A DNA stretch of 63,934 nt, filler included, from Vicugna vicugna (GCA_013265495.1; 77 parts of 75 records of this genome joined end to end with filler, not necessarily neighbours in it); one strand, 5' to 3'; positions 12,731 through 26,166 are shown, counted from the first letter of the whole stretch. The notes: generated from the sequence alone by a model not told the origin. Made by a program: numbers and translations.

Positions 12731-13661
12731 GAACACAGAATTTAGTATATAGGATACAGAATACATAATGTAGAAAGTAGAATGCAGAATATAGAATATA
12801 GGATACAGAATGAAGAACCGAGAATTTAGAACATGGAATTCCGAACACAGACTATAGAATACAGAATAAATAATACAGAATATAGAAAAAATAATAGAGA
12901 ACGTAGAACAGAGTGTATGGAATATAGATTTCAGAATACAGAATCCAGAATTTAGAACATGGGATTCAGAACACAGAATATAGAATATAGACTTTAGCAT
13001 ATCGAATATAGGATATTGAATGTAGAACACGGAAATTAGAATACAGAATACAGAATGCAGCACCGAGTAATTTAGAACATGGAATGCAGAACACAGAATA
13101 TACAATATAGAATACAGAATTCAGAATAAAGAATGTATAATATAGAATGTAGTGCACAGAATATAGAAAAGAAGATACGGAATACAGAACAGAAAATTTA
13201 GAATATGGAATGCAGAATACAGAATATAGAATATAGAATACAGAATACAAAACACAGAATTTAGAACTTGGAATGCAGAACACAGAATTTAGAGAATAGA
13301 ATACAGAATACAGAATATAATATGTAGAATATAGAATGTAGAACACAGAATATAGAGTATAGAATGCAGAATACAGAATATAGAATGTAGAATAAAAAAT
13401 GTAGAACACAAAATATAGAATATAGAAAAGAGAATACAGAACACAGAATTTAGAACATGAAATGCAGGACACAGAATCTAGAATAAAGAATAGATTATAC
13501 AGAATATAGAATGTAGAACCTAGAATATAGAACTCAGAATATAGAATATAGAATGCACAATACTGAAACAAGTATTTATAACATGGAATTCAGAACACAG
13601 GATATAGAATATACATTATAGAAAACAGAAAATAGAATGTAGAATACAGAATGTAGAACAC
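12731..13661. repeat. Satellite A
   Basis: Heptamer period. Confidence 0.95.
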
Positions 13662-13761
13662 NNNNNNNNNNNNNNNNNNNNNNNNNNNNNNNNNNNNNNN
13701 NNNNNTTAATTAATTAANNNNNNNNNNNNNNNNNNNNNNNNNNNNNNNNNNNNNNNNNNNN

Positions 13762-14400
13762 TGGGCAGTGTGACCATTTTTAACAATATTGATTCTTCCA
13801 ATCCAGAAGCATTGAATATCTTTCCATTTTTAAAGTCTTCTTTAATTTCCTTAATCAATGTTTTGTAATTCTCCATGTATAAGTCTTCACCTCCTTGATT
13901 AGATGTATTCCTAGGTGCTTTATTACTTTGGGTGCTATTTTAAAAGGAATTATTTCTTTACTTTCTTTTCCTGTTGATTCATCATTAGTGTAAAGAAAAG
14001 AAACTGATTTTTGTACATTAATCTTGTATCAGTATCATGTCCATATAGTGATAGTTTTACCTCTTCTTTTCCAATTTGGATCCATTTTGTTTCTTTTTCT
14101 TGCCTGATAGTTGTGGCTAGGACTTCCAAGACTATGTTGAATAGGACTGGTCTGGTGNNNNNNNNNNNNNNNNNNNNNNNNNNNNNNNNNNNNNNNNNNN
14201 NNNNNNNNNNNNNNNNNNNNNNNNNNNNNNNNNNNNNNNNNNNNNNNNNNNNNNNNNNNNNNNNNNNNNNNNNNNNNNNNNNNNNNNNNNNNNNNNNNNN
14301 NNNNNNNNNNNNNNNNNNNNNGCTTTTATTAAGATATGTTCCCTCTATACCTACTTTGGTAAAAAGTTAATCATAAATGTTTTGTCACTTACAGCCTTTG
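13762..14400 (-). mobile_element. LINE-1 ORF2 fragment
   Basis: 'ttaacaatattgattcttccaatcca', 'gtggctaggacttccaagactatgttgaatagg' are antisense L1 RT-region motifs. Confidence 0.92.
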
Positions 14401-14548
14401 TGTCCTTATTGAGAAGCTGGCATATCATTTGGAATATCCTTTCCTTGGNNNNNNNNNNNNNNNNNNNNNNNNNNNNNNNNNNNNNNNNNNNNTTAATTAA
14501 TTAANNNNNNNNNNNNNNNNNNNNNNNNNNNNNNNNNNNNNNNNNNNN

Positions 14549-14668
<120 letters not shown>

Positions 14669-15129
14669 TTAACTCAGTGACCCACGCCTCCTTTCTTCTT
14701 GTGTGATGGTGATCTTACACCTCAAGTGTTCAAAGCCCTTTCTCCAAGCCTTTTAGAGACCTTATTTTAGCAACATGAACTGTGCTCCAAACTACTACTC
14801 ATTCTGCTTTCATTTCACCTCAGGATAATAAAAGAGGAAAAAAAGTCACTGTTGTCTCCCTGAATACCTAGACAAAAGCAGTCATATATTTTAGGTCACA
14901 CATATTGAGGTGCAATATATTCAGCAATCAGATCTCAAAAAGTACGTATTCAAGTTACATAGCAATGCATTTTCATAGGATAACATGCAATTAATAAAAT
15001 TTACAGTTTAAATACATTGTCAGTTGCATNNNNNNNNNNNNNNNNNNNNNNNNNNNNNNNNNNNNNNNNNNNNTTAATTAATTAANNNNNNNNNNNNNNN
15101 NNNNNNNNNNNNNNNNNNNNNNNNNNNNN

Positions 15130-15610
15130 TTCTTTTCTGGGCTCTCTATTCTGTTGCATTGACCTATATGCATGTTTTTCTACCAATACAGAGCTGTCAT
15201 GTTGACTATAGCTCTATAGTATTATCTAAATCGTTAGCGTAAAGAAATGCCACTGATATTTGAACCTTAATCTTGTAACCTTCTACCTTGTTTAATTCTT
15301 TGATCAGCTGTAGTAAATTTTGTCCGGATCTTGCAGGGTTTTCTATATATAGTAAGATATTCTCTGCATATACTGAGACTTTTACCTCTTCCTTCCAATA
15401 ATTTACATCCACTTCTCTCTCTTGTTTGATTGCTGTGGCTAGGACTTCCAAGACTATCTTGAGTAGCAGTCGTGATAGTGTGCATCCTTGTCTTGATCCA
15501 GATTTTAGTGGGACGGATTTGACTTTCTCAACATTGAGTACTATTTTTGCTGTAGGTTTGTTATCTATAGCTTTCAAGATGCTGAGATATAGTCCCTCTA
15601 TGCCCACTTT
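15130..15610 (-). mobile_element. LINE-1 ORF2 reverse-transcriptase fragment
   Basis: [63 protein letters not shown] is a degenerate L1 RT (FADD motif decayed). Confidence 0.95.
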
Positions 15611-16386
15611 NNNNNNNNNNNNNNNNNNNNNNNNNNNNNNNNNNNNNNNNNNNNTTAATTAATTAANNNNNNNNNNNNNNNNNNNNNNNNNNNNNNNNNN
15701 NNNNNNNNNNTAGTGTCCCATGGGCCTTTGTTCTTCCCTCTTTCCTTTTGTTCCGTTCTGTATGCACAGTACCAACGGGGGGAAGTGTGTCCATTTGCAG
15801 TTGATGTTTTACACGTCTTTAAACTTTCTAACAGTTCACAGTACACAGAGACCCACTACAGGAATCTTATGTTCCTGTAATATCCGTACATCCAGAATAC
15901 ATAACCGTCGGTTGATTTCTGCTGAAATACCCGCACTCTCAAGACATGGATCCATTGGTTTCATGGGGGCTGAAATGCCTAGAAATGAAACCAACCCCAA
16001 TGTGCACTTTACTGTCTGTTTCCTTTGCTCTTAGTACACTTTTGCAGAGCATTGTTATAGGGTCATTTCTTCTCTACGTAGTGTAGAATATGGCATTCAT
16101 TCATCCTGTTGGAAACTTGCAAGACTATATCACAGACTAGGAATCCATTTGACTCTAAATCGGCATTTGGGTTAGGTCAGGATATGCTCTTATGGATCCA
16201 TATTTACGAATATAAATGTACACCTCTGATTTCCAAATACGAGTGTGCTGAGTATATGCAAGCCGTGATACTGGGTCGATGCGTGCNNNNNNNNNNNNNN
16301 NNNNNNNNNNNNNNNNNNNNNNNNNNNNNNTTAATTAATTAANNNNNNNNNNNNNNNNNNNNNNNNNNNNNNNNNNNNNNNNNNNN

Positions 16387-16654
16387 AGGGAAAGCTGGGG
16401 GTTGGGCTTGGAGGCCATGTAGCAGTGAGTGACCCCTGATCCATTGAGGAAGTTCTTAGAGGACTACTCCGTAAACGGAACACCTTTTCCTCCATTCATC
16501 TGGGTGGAGTGGGGCTGCACAACTCTCTCACACCTTAGAATGTGTTCTGGAATTCTGAGTGCTGGGAAGTTCCTCCAACTGACAGCAGCGCCTGGGTTCT
16601 AATTGAATCCCTTTGCTTGTCTTCCCTGATGGAAAGCCTAGGCGGGAGTGCGGG
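16387..16654. repeat. Satellite B' (diverged relative of B)
   Basis: 'ctggaattctgagtgctgggaagttcctccaactgacagcagcgcctgggttctaattgaatccc' aligns with the B core. Confidence 0.85.
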
Positions 16655-16754
16655 NNNNNNNNNNNNNNNNNNNNNNNNNNNNNNNNNNNNNNNNNNNNTT
16701 AATTAATTAANNNNNNNNNNNNNNNNNNNNNNNNNNNNNNNNNNNNNNNNNNNN

Positions 16755-17512
16755 GGTGATTGCAGGATATCCCAGTGACCGACGCTGCCTCCCCAAGTTT
16801 AGGGAAGATATTACTCGGACTTCCACGAACCGGGAACTCCTGTGAATGAAGAGAGCTGCGTGGAGTTGTCTCTCGAGCTCCCCGACGCACTGACAAGGGT
16901 TCCGGAATCCTGAGAGTGGGGAGGTTCCACAAACGGTCGAAAGCGCGTCGGTTCTAACGGAATGCCTAAGCTCGTCTCCCCTGAGGTTTTTCCTAATTTC
17001 TCTGTGCCAGGGAATGTTACGGNNNNNNNNNNNNNNNNNNNNNNNNNNNNNNNNNNNNNNNNNNNNNNNNNNNNNNNNNNNNNNNNNNNNNNNNNNNNNN
17101 NNNNNNNNNNNNNNNNNNNNNNNNNNNNNNNNNNNNNNNNNNNNNNNNNNNNNNNNNNNNNNNNNNNNNNNNNNNNNNNNNNNNNNNNNNNNNNNNNNNN
17201 NNNNNNNNNNNNNNNNNNNNNNNNNNNNNNNNNNNNNNNNNNNNNNNNNNNNNNNNNNNNNNNNNNNNNNNNNNNNNNNNNNNNNNNNNNNNNNNNNNNN
17301 NNNNNNNNNNNNNNNNNNNNNNNNNNNNNNNNNNNNNNNNNNNNNNNNNNNNNNNNNNNNNNNNNNNNNNNNNNNNNNNNNNNNNNNNNNNNNNNNNNNN
17401 NTTGTCTCTCGCCCCACGCACTGACAATGGTCCCGGAATCCTGAGCGTGGGGGAGGTTCCACCAAATATCGGCAGCGCGTGGGTTTTAACGGAATGCCTA
17501 AGCTCGTCTCCC
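16755..17512. repeat. Satellite B
   Basis: Colinear with the 48761-49687 monomers. Confidence 0.95.
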
Positions 17513-17612
17513 NNNNNNNNNNNNNNNNNNNNNNNNNNNNNNNNNNNNNNNNNNNNTTAATTAATTAANNNNNNNNNNNNNNNNNNNNNNNNNNNNNNNN
17601 NNNNNNNNNNNN

Positions 17613-18470
17613 AAGTGGGGAAACATACACACTCATATTTCAGGGGGCACAGGTATTCCATGGTTGTGGGTTTTAGTTCAAACTCCCACATCCCATGGAT
17701 AGGCTCTCGCTAATACTTGGTTTAGAGCCAAATCCCAACTTTCCCCCACTCTCCAGCTTAGGCATGCCATCAGGGAAGACAAGCTAAGGGATTCTATTAA
17801 AACCCAGGCGCTGCTGTCATTTGGAGGAGCCTCCCCACAATCAGGATCCCTGAGCACGCCTCCGTGTGTGTGCTGGAGGTGGGGAAACAGACTCCACGGA
17901 TCTTTATGGGGCACAGGTGTTCNNNNNNNNNNNNNNNNNNNNNNNNNNNNNNNNNNNNNNNNNNNNNNNNNNNNNNNNNNNNNNNNNNNNNNNNNNNNNN
18001 NNNNNNNNNNNNNNNNNNNNNNNNNNNNNNNNNNNNNNNNNNNNNNNNNNNNNNNNNNNNNNNNNNNNNNNNNNNNNNNNNNNNNNNNNNNNNNNNNNNN
18101 NNNNNNNNNNNNNNNNNNNNNNNNNNNNNNNNNNNNNNNNNNNNNNNNNNNNNNNNNNNNNNNNNNNNNNNNNNNNNNNNNNNNNNNNNNNNNNNNNNNN
18201 NNNNNNNNNNNNNNNNNNNNNNNNNNNNNNNNNNNNNNNNNNNNNNNNNNNNNNNAGCCCAACCCTTTCCCTCATGCCCTGGCCTAAAGGAACACTCAGT
18301 GAACAGAAGTTAAGGGATACTAATAGAACCCAGGTGCTGCTGTCAGTTTGAGGAACCTCCCCACAATCAGAATACCAGAACACTTATTAGCGTGTGTGCT
18401 GGATGTAGGGAAACAATCAAAGCATTTGTCAGGGGGCACATTTATTCCATGGTTGTGGGTTGTAGGTTAA
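17613..18470. repeat. Satellite B'
   Basis: Colinear with 34029-34883. Confidence 0.88.
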
Positions 18471-18786
18471 NNNNNNNNNNNNNNNNNNNNNNNNNNNNNN
18501 NNNNNNNNNNNNNNTTAATTAATTAANNNNNNNNNNNNNNNNNNNNNNNNNNNNNNNNNNNNNNNNNNNNTCATTTTAACTGGATGAATGAGAAGTAAAC
18601 ACTGGCTTAAAGTTATACTTGAGTTGATAGGAGAACAGACGTTTTGGAATATCACGACTACTCAGGTTGAGAACCATTGTGATGGCCTAGCAGTTTATCT
18701 GTGCAGTCCTGCCAAAACAGCATTTGAAGCTGCAGTGCTCAAAATCATGCAGATTTGAAAAGTAGCTGTAGAAAAAGTTATAAGAA

Positions 18787-19022
18787 ATGGCACATGTTTC
18801 TTCAGAAATTCAAGGTGTGTCTCGTAAAAATGGACCAACTGGTTCAGGAAACTCCGGTAGATCTCTATTGTGTGATCAAACAATCTCTGGGGACTTGGAC
18901 CTGAGATCTATGATTGAAGAAAATGCTTTTCAGACTTTGTCTGAAGAATCCTTAATTAAAATTAAAAGGCCATGATACACACATTGTGTCTGGGAAAACT
19001 CTGGGAAATGTCTGGGAGTGAC
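18787..19022 (+). pseudogene. HSFY: HSFY (Y-type heat shock transcription factor) 5' coding fragment, disrupted
   Basis: MAHVSSEIQGVSRK..TGS..S.RSLLCDQTISGDLDLRSMIEENAFQTLSEESL matches the recalled human HSFY N-terminus MAHVSSETQDVSPK..RSPLCEHTFPGDSDLRSMIEEHAFQVLS. In-frame TGA at 18973-18975 precedes a homologous YT.CV motif. Confidence 0.9.
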
Positions 19023-19122
19023 NNNNNNNNNNNNNNNNNNNNNNNNNNNNNNNNNNNNNNNNNNNNTTAATTAATTAANNNNNNNNNNNNNNNNNNNNNN
19101 NNNNNNNNNNNNNNNNNNNNNN

Positions 19123-19654
19123 AAACTGGTGAAAGGAAGAAGCAACGAAGTCTAAGTAAAGATTTCACAGTGCATAGGTAACATTTTTGGTGTTTGAAAT
19201 ATCTGTCATGCGCATGTTCACAGCTCAGAAATGCATGTTGAGGAATCCGTGATGCATGAAACATGTTCGGAATACGGAATGCCATGGTTATGTAAACAAT
19301 GTAAATTACATGTGTATTGGTGAGAATTCGATCAAAGAGAGTTTTCTAGGGCCAAATGTCCGATTTTAGAACCTAGTGATACAAAAAACCTATGAAGTCA
19401 GAGTAAATAATTCAAAGTGTATATATGCCTNNNNNNNNNNNNNNNNNNNNNTCACTAATCCACATGCTCACAACTCAGAAACTCATGTTTCTCGAATCCG
19501 TCATGCATGTAACATGTACGGAACCCGGAATGCCATGTTGATGGAATTCATGTAAATTATATTTCTATTAGGTTGAATACACGCCAGAAGTATTCTTCTG
19601 TGAAAAAATCACAAATTCGAAACTTGTGTTAGGGAAAGCTTGTGAAAATGTGTA
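19123..19654. repeat. Satellite C
   Basis: Spans the subunit 3 to subunit 1 junction. Confidence 0.93.
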
Positions 19655-21317
19655 NNNNNNNNNNNNNNNNNNNNNNNNNNNNNNNNNNNNNNNNNNNNTT
19701 AATTAATTAANNNNNNNNNNNNNNNNNNNNNNNNNNNNNNNNNNNNNNNNNNNNCTACATTCAGCAAATGCTGGGTTTATGCCTTCTCTGGGGTGAATGT
19801 ATTGTTGTAAGTGAGGGGATTCTTTGACTGAACTTGAATATGTATTAGGCCTCCATTTTTCAAGACATTATAGGTAAATATTAAAAGTCAGATAGGGAAC
19901 TGAACAATAAAAGTCGCCAATGACATTAAAGATACAGATTATGAGGACCGTCTTTCAGTTGAGTCAAGCCCCCGGGAGCTCTATAGCATGGGGTTTGCAG
20001 ACTTGGTTGCGTTAAATTGCTTTACCCAANNNNNNNNNNCGGATGATTAAGCGTTCTCATCACTGATAGAAGAACACCTGGCTCTCAGTAGACTAGCATG
20101 GCTTCAGCAGGGTTCTCATAGCTACAATGCTTCTAGGTGATTTTGCATTCAAACCTAAATGCATATATTTGGTTTGTTTTCTCTTGTATTTTCCAAGAGA
20201 GGGATGTTACCCCTTGAAATGCCATCATTGGCCAGTAGGTGTCATTGGGAGTAAAGGGCACCACTTGCACAAGTGAATCCAAGGTTGGGGGTTATTTCAT
20301 ATTTCCAATAGATATTTCATGGTTCCTGTTGGTTTCAGAGGCTTCAAAAGGAAAGAGTTGACATGAGACCTTTAGCAGTTTGGACTGCTACTTTGAATTC
20401 TATCTGTGTATGTTTTCCTTACAGCTGAAAAAATGTTACCGAAATTGACAATTCTGGTTTCTAGGTCCATTTAGTACGTTTCAAAACTAACTTCATTTTC
20501 GTATAACTCCCAAAACATGTATATCATTCCTATTAAACTTTTTAAAGACTGTAAATGAGGTATCAACACAATGTCAAAACAGTAGTGTTCGGACAATCCC
20601 TCCCACCACGGCTGTATAGAAACAAANNNNNNNNNNNNNNNNNNNNNNNNNNNNNNNNNNNNNNNNNNNNTTAATTAATTAANNNNNNNNNNNNNNNNNN
20701 NNNNNNNNNNNNNNNNNNNNNNNNNNGAAATGAATTTCACCATAACTCACCTGCCTCCACCCCCCCAATTCAATGTGGGTTTCTTGAGTAGCATTCTGGG
20801 AGCAAATGGAGAAGGACAGTGATGCCGTAATCCAGGCTCCCCCTGGGGTCTCCCCATCACTTGGATCGGCACCTGGTATAAAGTAGGTCTCAGTCCGAGC
20901 CAGCTGAGTGAGTGACTCACAGGCATCAAACGTGTGACATCAGTGAATTAATAGCATTCTTTGTAGGACTCAGAGAATAAGCTGAGAGCCCTGTGGCCTT
21001 CCCAGCCTCACATACTATTTTGAAATTGGGGTCATTTGTGGGAATGTTATTCTGTACTTGACAAAATGCATAGTACAATTCCAGGGTTAAGCAACTTGCC
21101 CTAGGGAAATTTTATGATAAAATATTAAGAAAAACAGTTAAATGCCCAAAATAGCATAGCATTCTCCTTTGATGTTTAGATAATGTATGGCTATATTTTT
21201 CTTACTTTATATGTTTTNNNNNNNNNNNNNNNNNNNNNNNNNNNNNNNNNNNNNNNNNNNNTTAATTAATTAANNNNNNNNNNNNNNNNNNNNNNNNNNN
21301 NNNNNNNNNNNNNNNNN

Positions 21318-21793
21318 ATATTCAGTAGTGTTTATTCTATATTCTAAATTCTGTGTTCTTCACTCCATGTTCTAAATCTGGGTTCTATAAACTTTATTCT
21401 ATTTTCTATATTTTGTGTTATTCATTCTATATTTTATATTCTATATGTTGCTTCCGTTTACTATATCCTACATTCTGTTTTCTGCCAATCTATATTTAAA
21501 TTCTATATTTAGACTATATTGAGGATTCCGTATGCTATATTCTAAACTTTGTGTTCTGCATTCTATGTTCTAAATTCTGGGTTCTGTAATCTATATTCTA
21601 TATCCTATATTCTGTGTTCTACATTCTATATTCTAAATACTATATTCAGCTTTCTGTATTCTATATTATAAATTCTGTGTTCTACATTCTATATTCTAAA
21701 TTCTATATTCAGTATTATGTAATTTATATTCTAAATTCTGTATTCTGTATAGCATGTTCTTTATTTTGGATTCTATATTCTGTATTCTACATT
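21318..21793. repeat. Satellite A
   Basis: Heptamer period. Confidence 0.93.
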
Positions 21794-21960
21794 NNNNNNN
21801 NNNNNNNNNNNNNNNNNNNNNNNNNNNNNNNNNNNNNTTAATTAATTAANNNNNNNNNNNNNNNNNNNNNNNNNNNNNNNNNNNNNNNNNNNNTGAGAGA
21901 TATGTAAGGCCATCTGGCCTCTCAACATATAAATGATGCCCCCACATTCGTAGTTATCAT

Positions 21961-22346
21961 TGTAACCTCCCGGCTCCACCAGGGAGCAGAGGCCATGGCC
22001 TGTTGTCCACCAAGTTTTGTTTCCTTGCACGACAGCTACAATGGAGTGAGTTAACACCAGACCAGAAAATCTACAAAGCCCTCGTGTACTATTTCCTGAT
22101 ACTTGCAGGTCACCAAAATACCCCAGATCCTCCAAGTAAAGAACTAGTAAGAGGAACTGAGCTGGTTCGTCTGTCAGACCCCTGATAACCTCTCCTGCTC
22201 TCACGATGATCCGTTCTCCTTCTGTGTGACCTTCCCCAAGTGAAAGAGACTATTCTTTGTTTATGGGTTATGGAATATTTGTTGCTGTCTGACCAAAACC
22301 TTCAAAAGTAAAACTCTTGTTGAGAATCGAAGCATGGCACCCACGT
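21961..22346 (+). mobile_element. Possible ERV LTR with PBS-like motif
   Basis: TGTAAC start, AGTAAA near the end, then '...aagCA' followed by 'tggcacccacgt' (similar to tRNA-Lys PBS TGGCGCCCAACGT). Confidence 0.3.
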
Positions 22347-22551
22347 TTCATGAGCTCAGCTACCAAACAACCTCATTTAGCCAAGACTGTGGCCAGCACC
22401 AGGGGCCCATTCTGTTGAGTGTTGGGTCTGGAGAGCAATGCCTCCACCACTNNNNNNNNNNNNNNNNNNNNNNNNNNNNNNNNNNNNNNNNNNNNTTAAT
22501 TAATTAANNNNNNNNNNNNNNNNNNNNNNNNNNNNNNNNNNNNNNNNNNNN

Positions 22552-23333
22552 AGAATATAGAATTTAGAATTTAGAATGTAGAACACAGAATATAAATTAT
22601 AGACTACGGAATGCAGAATATATTATATACAATATAGAATGATGAACACAAAATATAGAATATAGAATAGACAATATAGAACCCAGAATTTAGAACATGG
22701 AAGGTAGAACACAGAATTTACAATATAAAATACAGAATACTGAATATCAAATTTAGAATATAGAATGTAGAACACAGAATATGGAATGTAGAATACAGAA
22801 TGCAGAATATTGAATACAGAATATAGAATGTAGAACTCAGAATTTAGAATATGGAACACAGAATAGAGAACCCAGAAATTAGACATGGAATGCAGAACAC
22901 AGAATTTGGAGTATAAAATACAGAATACAAGAAATTAGACATGGAATGCAGAACACAGAATTTGGAATGTAAAATACAGAATACTGAATATAGAATTCAG
23001 AACATAGAATAGATAATAAAGAATATAGAATCCAGAATTTAGAACATGGAATGCCGAACACAGAATTTAGAATATAGAATACAGAATATTGAATATAGAA
23101 TTTAGAACATAGAATTCGGAACAAAGAATTTAGAATATAGAATACAGAATACTTAATATAGAATCAAGTATATAGAATGCGGAACATAGAAATTAGAATA
23201 AAGAATACAGAAAATTATATAAAGAATTTAGAATATAGAATGTAGAACACAGAATTTAGAATATAGAGTAAAGAATACAGATTATTGAATAAAGAATATA
23301 GAATGTAGAACACAGAATATAGAATAGAGAATA
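22552..23333. repeat. Satellite A
   Basis: Heptamer period. Confidence 0.95.
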
Positions 23334-23433
23334 NNNNNNNNNNNNNNNNNNNNNNNNNNNNNNNNNNNNNNNNNNNNTTAATTAATTAANNNNNNNNNNN
23401 NNNNNNNNNNNNNNNNNNNNNNNNNNNNNNNNN

Positions 23434-24102
23434 TCTCTGTGCCAGGGAATGGTAGGGGGGTTTGCAGAATATCCCAGTAACATACGCTGCCTCCCCAAGC
23501 TCAGGGAAGCTATTTCCCCGACTTCCCCGAACAGGGAACTCCTGTGAATGAAGAGAGCTGCGTGGAGTTGTCTCTCGAGCTCCCCTACGCACTGACAATT
23601 TTTCCGGAATCCTGAGCGTGGGGAGGTTCCACCAACGGTCGGCAGCNNNNNNNNNNNNNNNNNNNNNNNNNNNNNNNNNNNNNNNNNNNNNNNNNNNNNN
23701 NNNNNNNNNNNNNNNNNNNNNNNNNNNNNNNNNNNNNNNNNNNNNNNNNNNNNNNNNNNNNNNNNNNNNNNNNNNNNNNNNNNNNNNNNNNNNNNNNNNN
23801 NNNNNNNNNNNNNNNNNNNNNNNNNNNNNNNNNNNNNNNNNNNNNNNNNNNNNNNNNNNNNNNNNNNNNNNNNNNNNNNNNNNNNNNNNTCCCCGAACAG
23901 GGAACTCCTGTGAATGAAGAGAGCTGCGTGGAATTGTCTCTCGAGCTCCCCAACGCACTGACAATGGTTCCGGAATCCTGAGCGTGGGGAGGTTCCACCA
24001 AAGGTCGGCAGCGCGTGGGTTCTAACGGAATGCCTAAGCTAGTCTCCCTGAGTTTTCTACTAATATCTCTGTGCCAGGGAATGCTAGGGGTGATTGCAGG
24101 AT
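23434..24102. repeat. Satellite B
   Basis: Colinear with the B monomer. Confidence 0.95.
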
Positions 24103-24879
24103 NNNNNNNNNNNNNNNNNNNNNNNNNNNNNNNNNNNNNNNNNNNNTTAATTAATTAANNNNNNNNNNNNNNNNNNNNNNNNNNNNNNNNNNNNNNNNNN
24201 NNTCGTCCAACAGTTTGTCAGTAGTCTGTTGGACAACGTCATAAAACGCTGATTGAAGGTTGCTGGAATGGAATCTGTTCTTATTAATATTAAGTAAGCA
24301 CATATTGAGTGCTTACTGTATGATGGAATTGTCACTCAGCCTCACATGAATATTATTTCTCTTAAAACCTCACATATTTCCTTGTTATTCTCACTTTACA
24401 TATAAGGAGTCTGAGGATTAGGTCTTCTCTCTTTTGTGGGGAGCTCATTATCAATGATGGGAAGTTGTAAGGAAAAAGATATTGATTCATCCTGAGAAAA
24501 CATTTTTATGAGAGTCAGCAATGAAGAAGATGAACACTGAAGAAGGTGATGATTTTTCGAGTGAGACAAGCCCTGGGTTGTACGGATTCAGCATCCCTGT
24601 CCTGGACACGTCACGTGTAGAAATGCTTGGAGGGTGAGGCGGGGCAGCCGCACAGAGAACGTGGATGCTGGGTCATTCGGCTGTGCTCAGGCCCAGTGGG
24701 GCTTTCTCCTAAGGGCAGTGGACCGTCATTGACAGATTTTATGTAGGGGAGTGGGGTGGTATCGTAGTTCACTTTTGTCTTGTAGAGTGCTTGGAAACAT
24801 TTAGAAGGCTTGGCAGGAGGTGATGTGATGAGTCAGAGTAGGGTGGCTGGGAGGTGTAGCAGTGTTCAATTTTCAAGTG

Positions 24880-25085
24880 GTTTTCAGTCCCAGGCTTGTG
24901 GCTCAGTAGCTGTGTCACTTTGGATGACGCACTCAAGAAAGTGAAAAATTTATCTAATCAATTAAATCAGTGATGTACCCAATTCCCAGGACTGTTGTGG
25001 AGATTCATTGAGATAACTTGTGCACAGTGTGCAGCGTTGTCTCCAGCACAGATTCAGTACTGAATGAGTGCCAGTGAGTACCTGG
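24880..25085 (+). mobile_element. MIR SINE fragment
   Basis: 'cccaggct..tagctgtgtcactttgga...caggactgttgtggagattcattgagataacttgtg...cagcacagattcagtactgaatg'. Confidence 0.6.
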
Positions 25086-25344
25086 TAGGTCAGGTGAGGG
25101 TGGTNNNNNNNNNNNNNNNNNNNNNNNNNNNNNNNNNNNNNNNNNNNNTTAATTAATTAANNNNNNNNNNNNNNNNNNNNNNNNNNNNNNNNNNNNNNNN
25201 NNNNAACAAAGATAAGAGGGCAGCAAAGAAAGGAAAAGTGAAAATGCTGAAAGTGAGCTATAGATCAAGTGTAAATGAATAGTAAGAGAATTAGCTGATC
25301 GTGGGAATGTTGAGTCCCGCTATTGCTCCAGATTCTATTCAATC

Positions 25345-25590
25345 TTTCTTTTTTAATTGAAGTACCATCAGTTACAATGTGTCAGTTTCTGGTGTACAGC
25401 ATCATGTCCCAGTCAGGTATATACATACATAGATTCATTTTCATATTCTTTTCCATTAAAGGTTATCACAAGCTATTGAATGTAGTTCCCTGTGCTCTAC
25501 AGAAGAAATTTGTTGTTTTATCAGTTTTTATATGCAGTGGCTAAGATTTGCAAATCTCTAACTACCAAATTTATCCCTTCCCATCCCCTT
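25345..25590 (-). mobile_element. LINE-1 3' end
   Basis: T-tract then 'aattgaagta..agttacaatgtgtcagtttctggtgtacagcat...atattgaat-like..gttccctgtgct'. Confidence 0.85.
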
Positions 25591-25594
25591 TTCC

Positions 25595-26066
25595 ATAAAC
25601 TCTAGACATGAAGTCAGAGGAACTTACCGAAGGCAAAGTTATAACATAAATGAGAAAAATGGTTGTGGGGAAAAAAAACCGGATGAAGGTGTCCCTGAGG
25701 AAGTGTCAGTGGCAAAAAAATTCACATTAAATAAACTCCTGGAGGTATCTCACAATGTGGAAAGTCCAAAGGCTAAAACGTTGGAAGCTGATCTAAACTC
25801 GGAGAAGGGTATGAAAATTTGCCAGAGCACAGAAAACTGCACGTTCCCTAACATGTTTTAGAACGAGAAGGCAAGCACTGTTCCAATTACTTCTGATAAA
25901 TTTTCCACAAAGAAAGAAAACATTATTCTCAATATTTATGACACTTAAAATAGCAGTGTCATAAACATTAGTTTCACTTAAAAAATGTACCCAACATTAA
26001 ATAAACAGTAAGAGAGTTTTATAATATTTTGACAAAAAATGGTTAAAGGTCAGGGAGCCAGTGTAA
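25595..26066 (+). mobile_element. TcMar-Tigger DNA transposon fragment
   Basis: 'gaggaagtg..gcaaaaaaattcacattaaa..aactc..gag.tat.tcacaa..tggaaag..caaagg.taaaa.gttggaagctgatc.aaact' recalled as a Tigger-family 3' region. Confidence 0.6.
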
Positions 26067-26166
26067 NNNNNNNNNNNNNNNNNNNNNNNNNNNNNNNNNN
26101 NNNNNNNNNNTTAATTAATTAANNNNNNNNNNNNNNNNNNNNNNNNNNNNNNNNNNNNNNNNNNNN

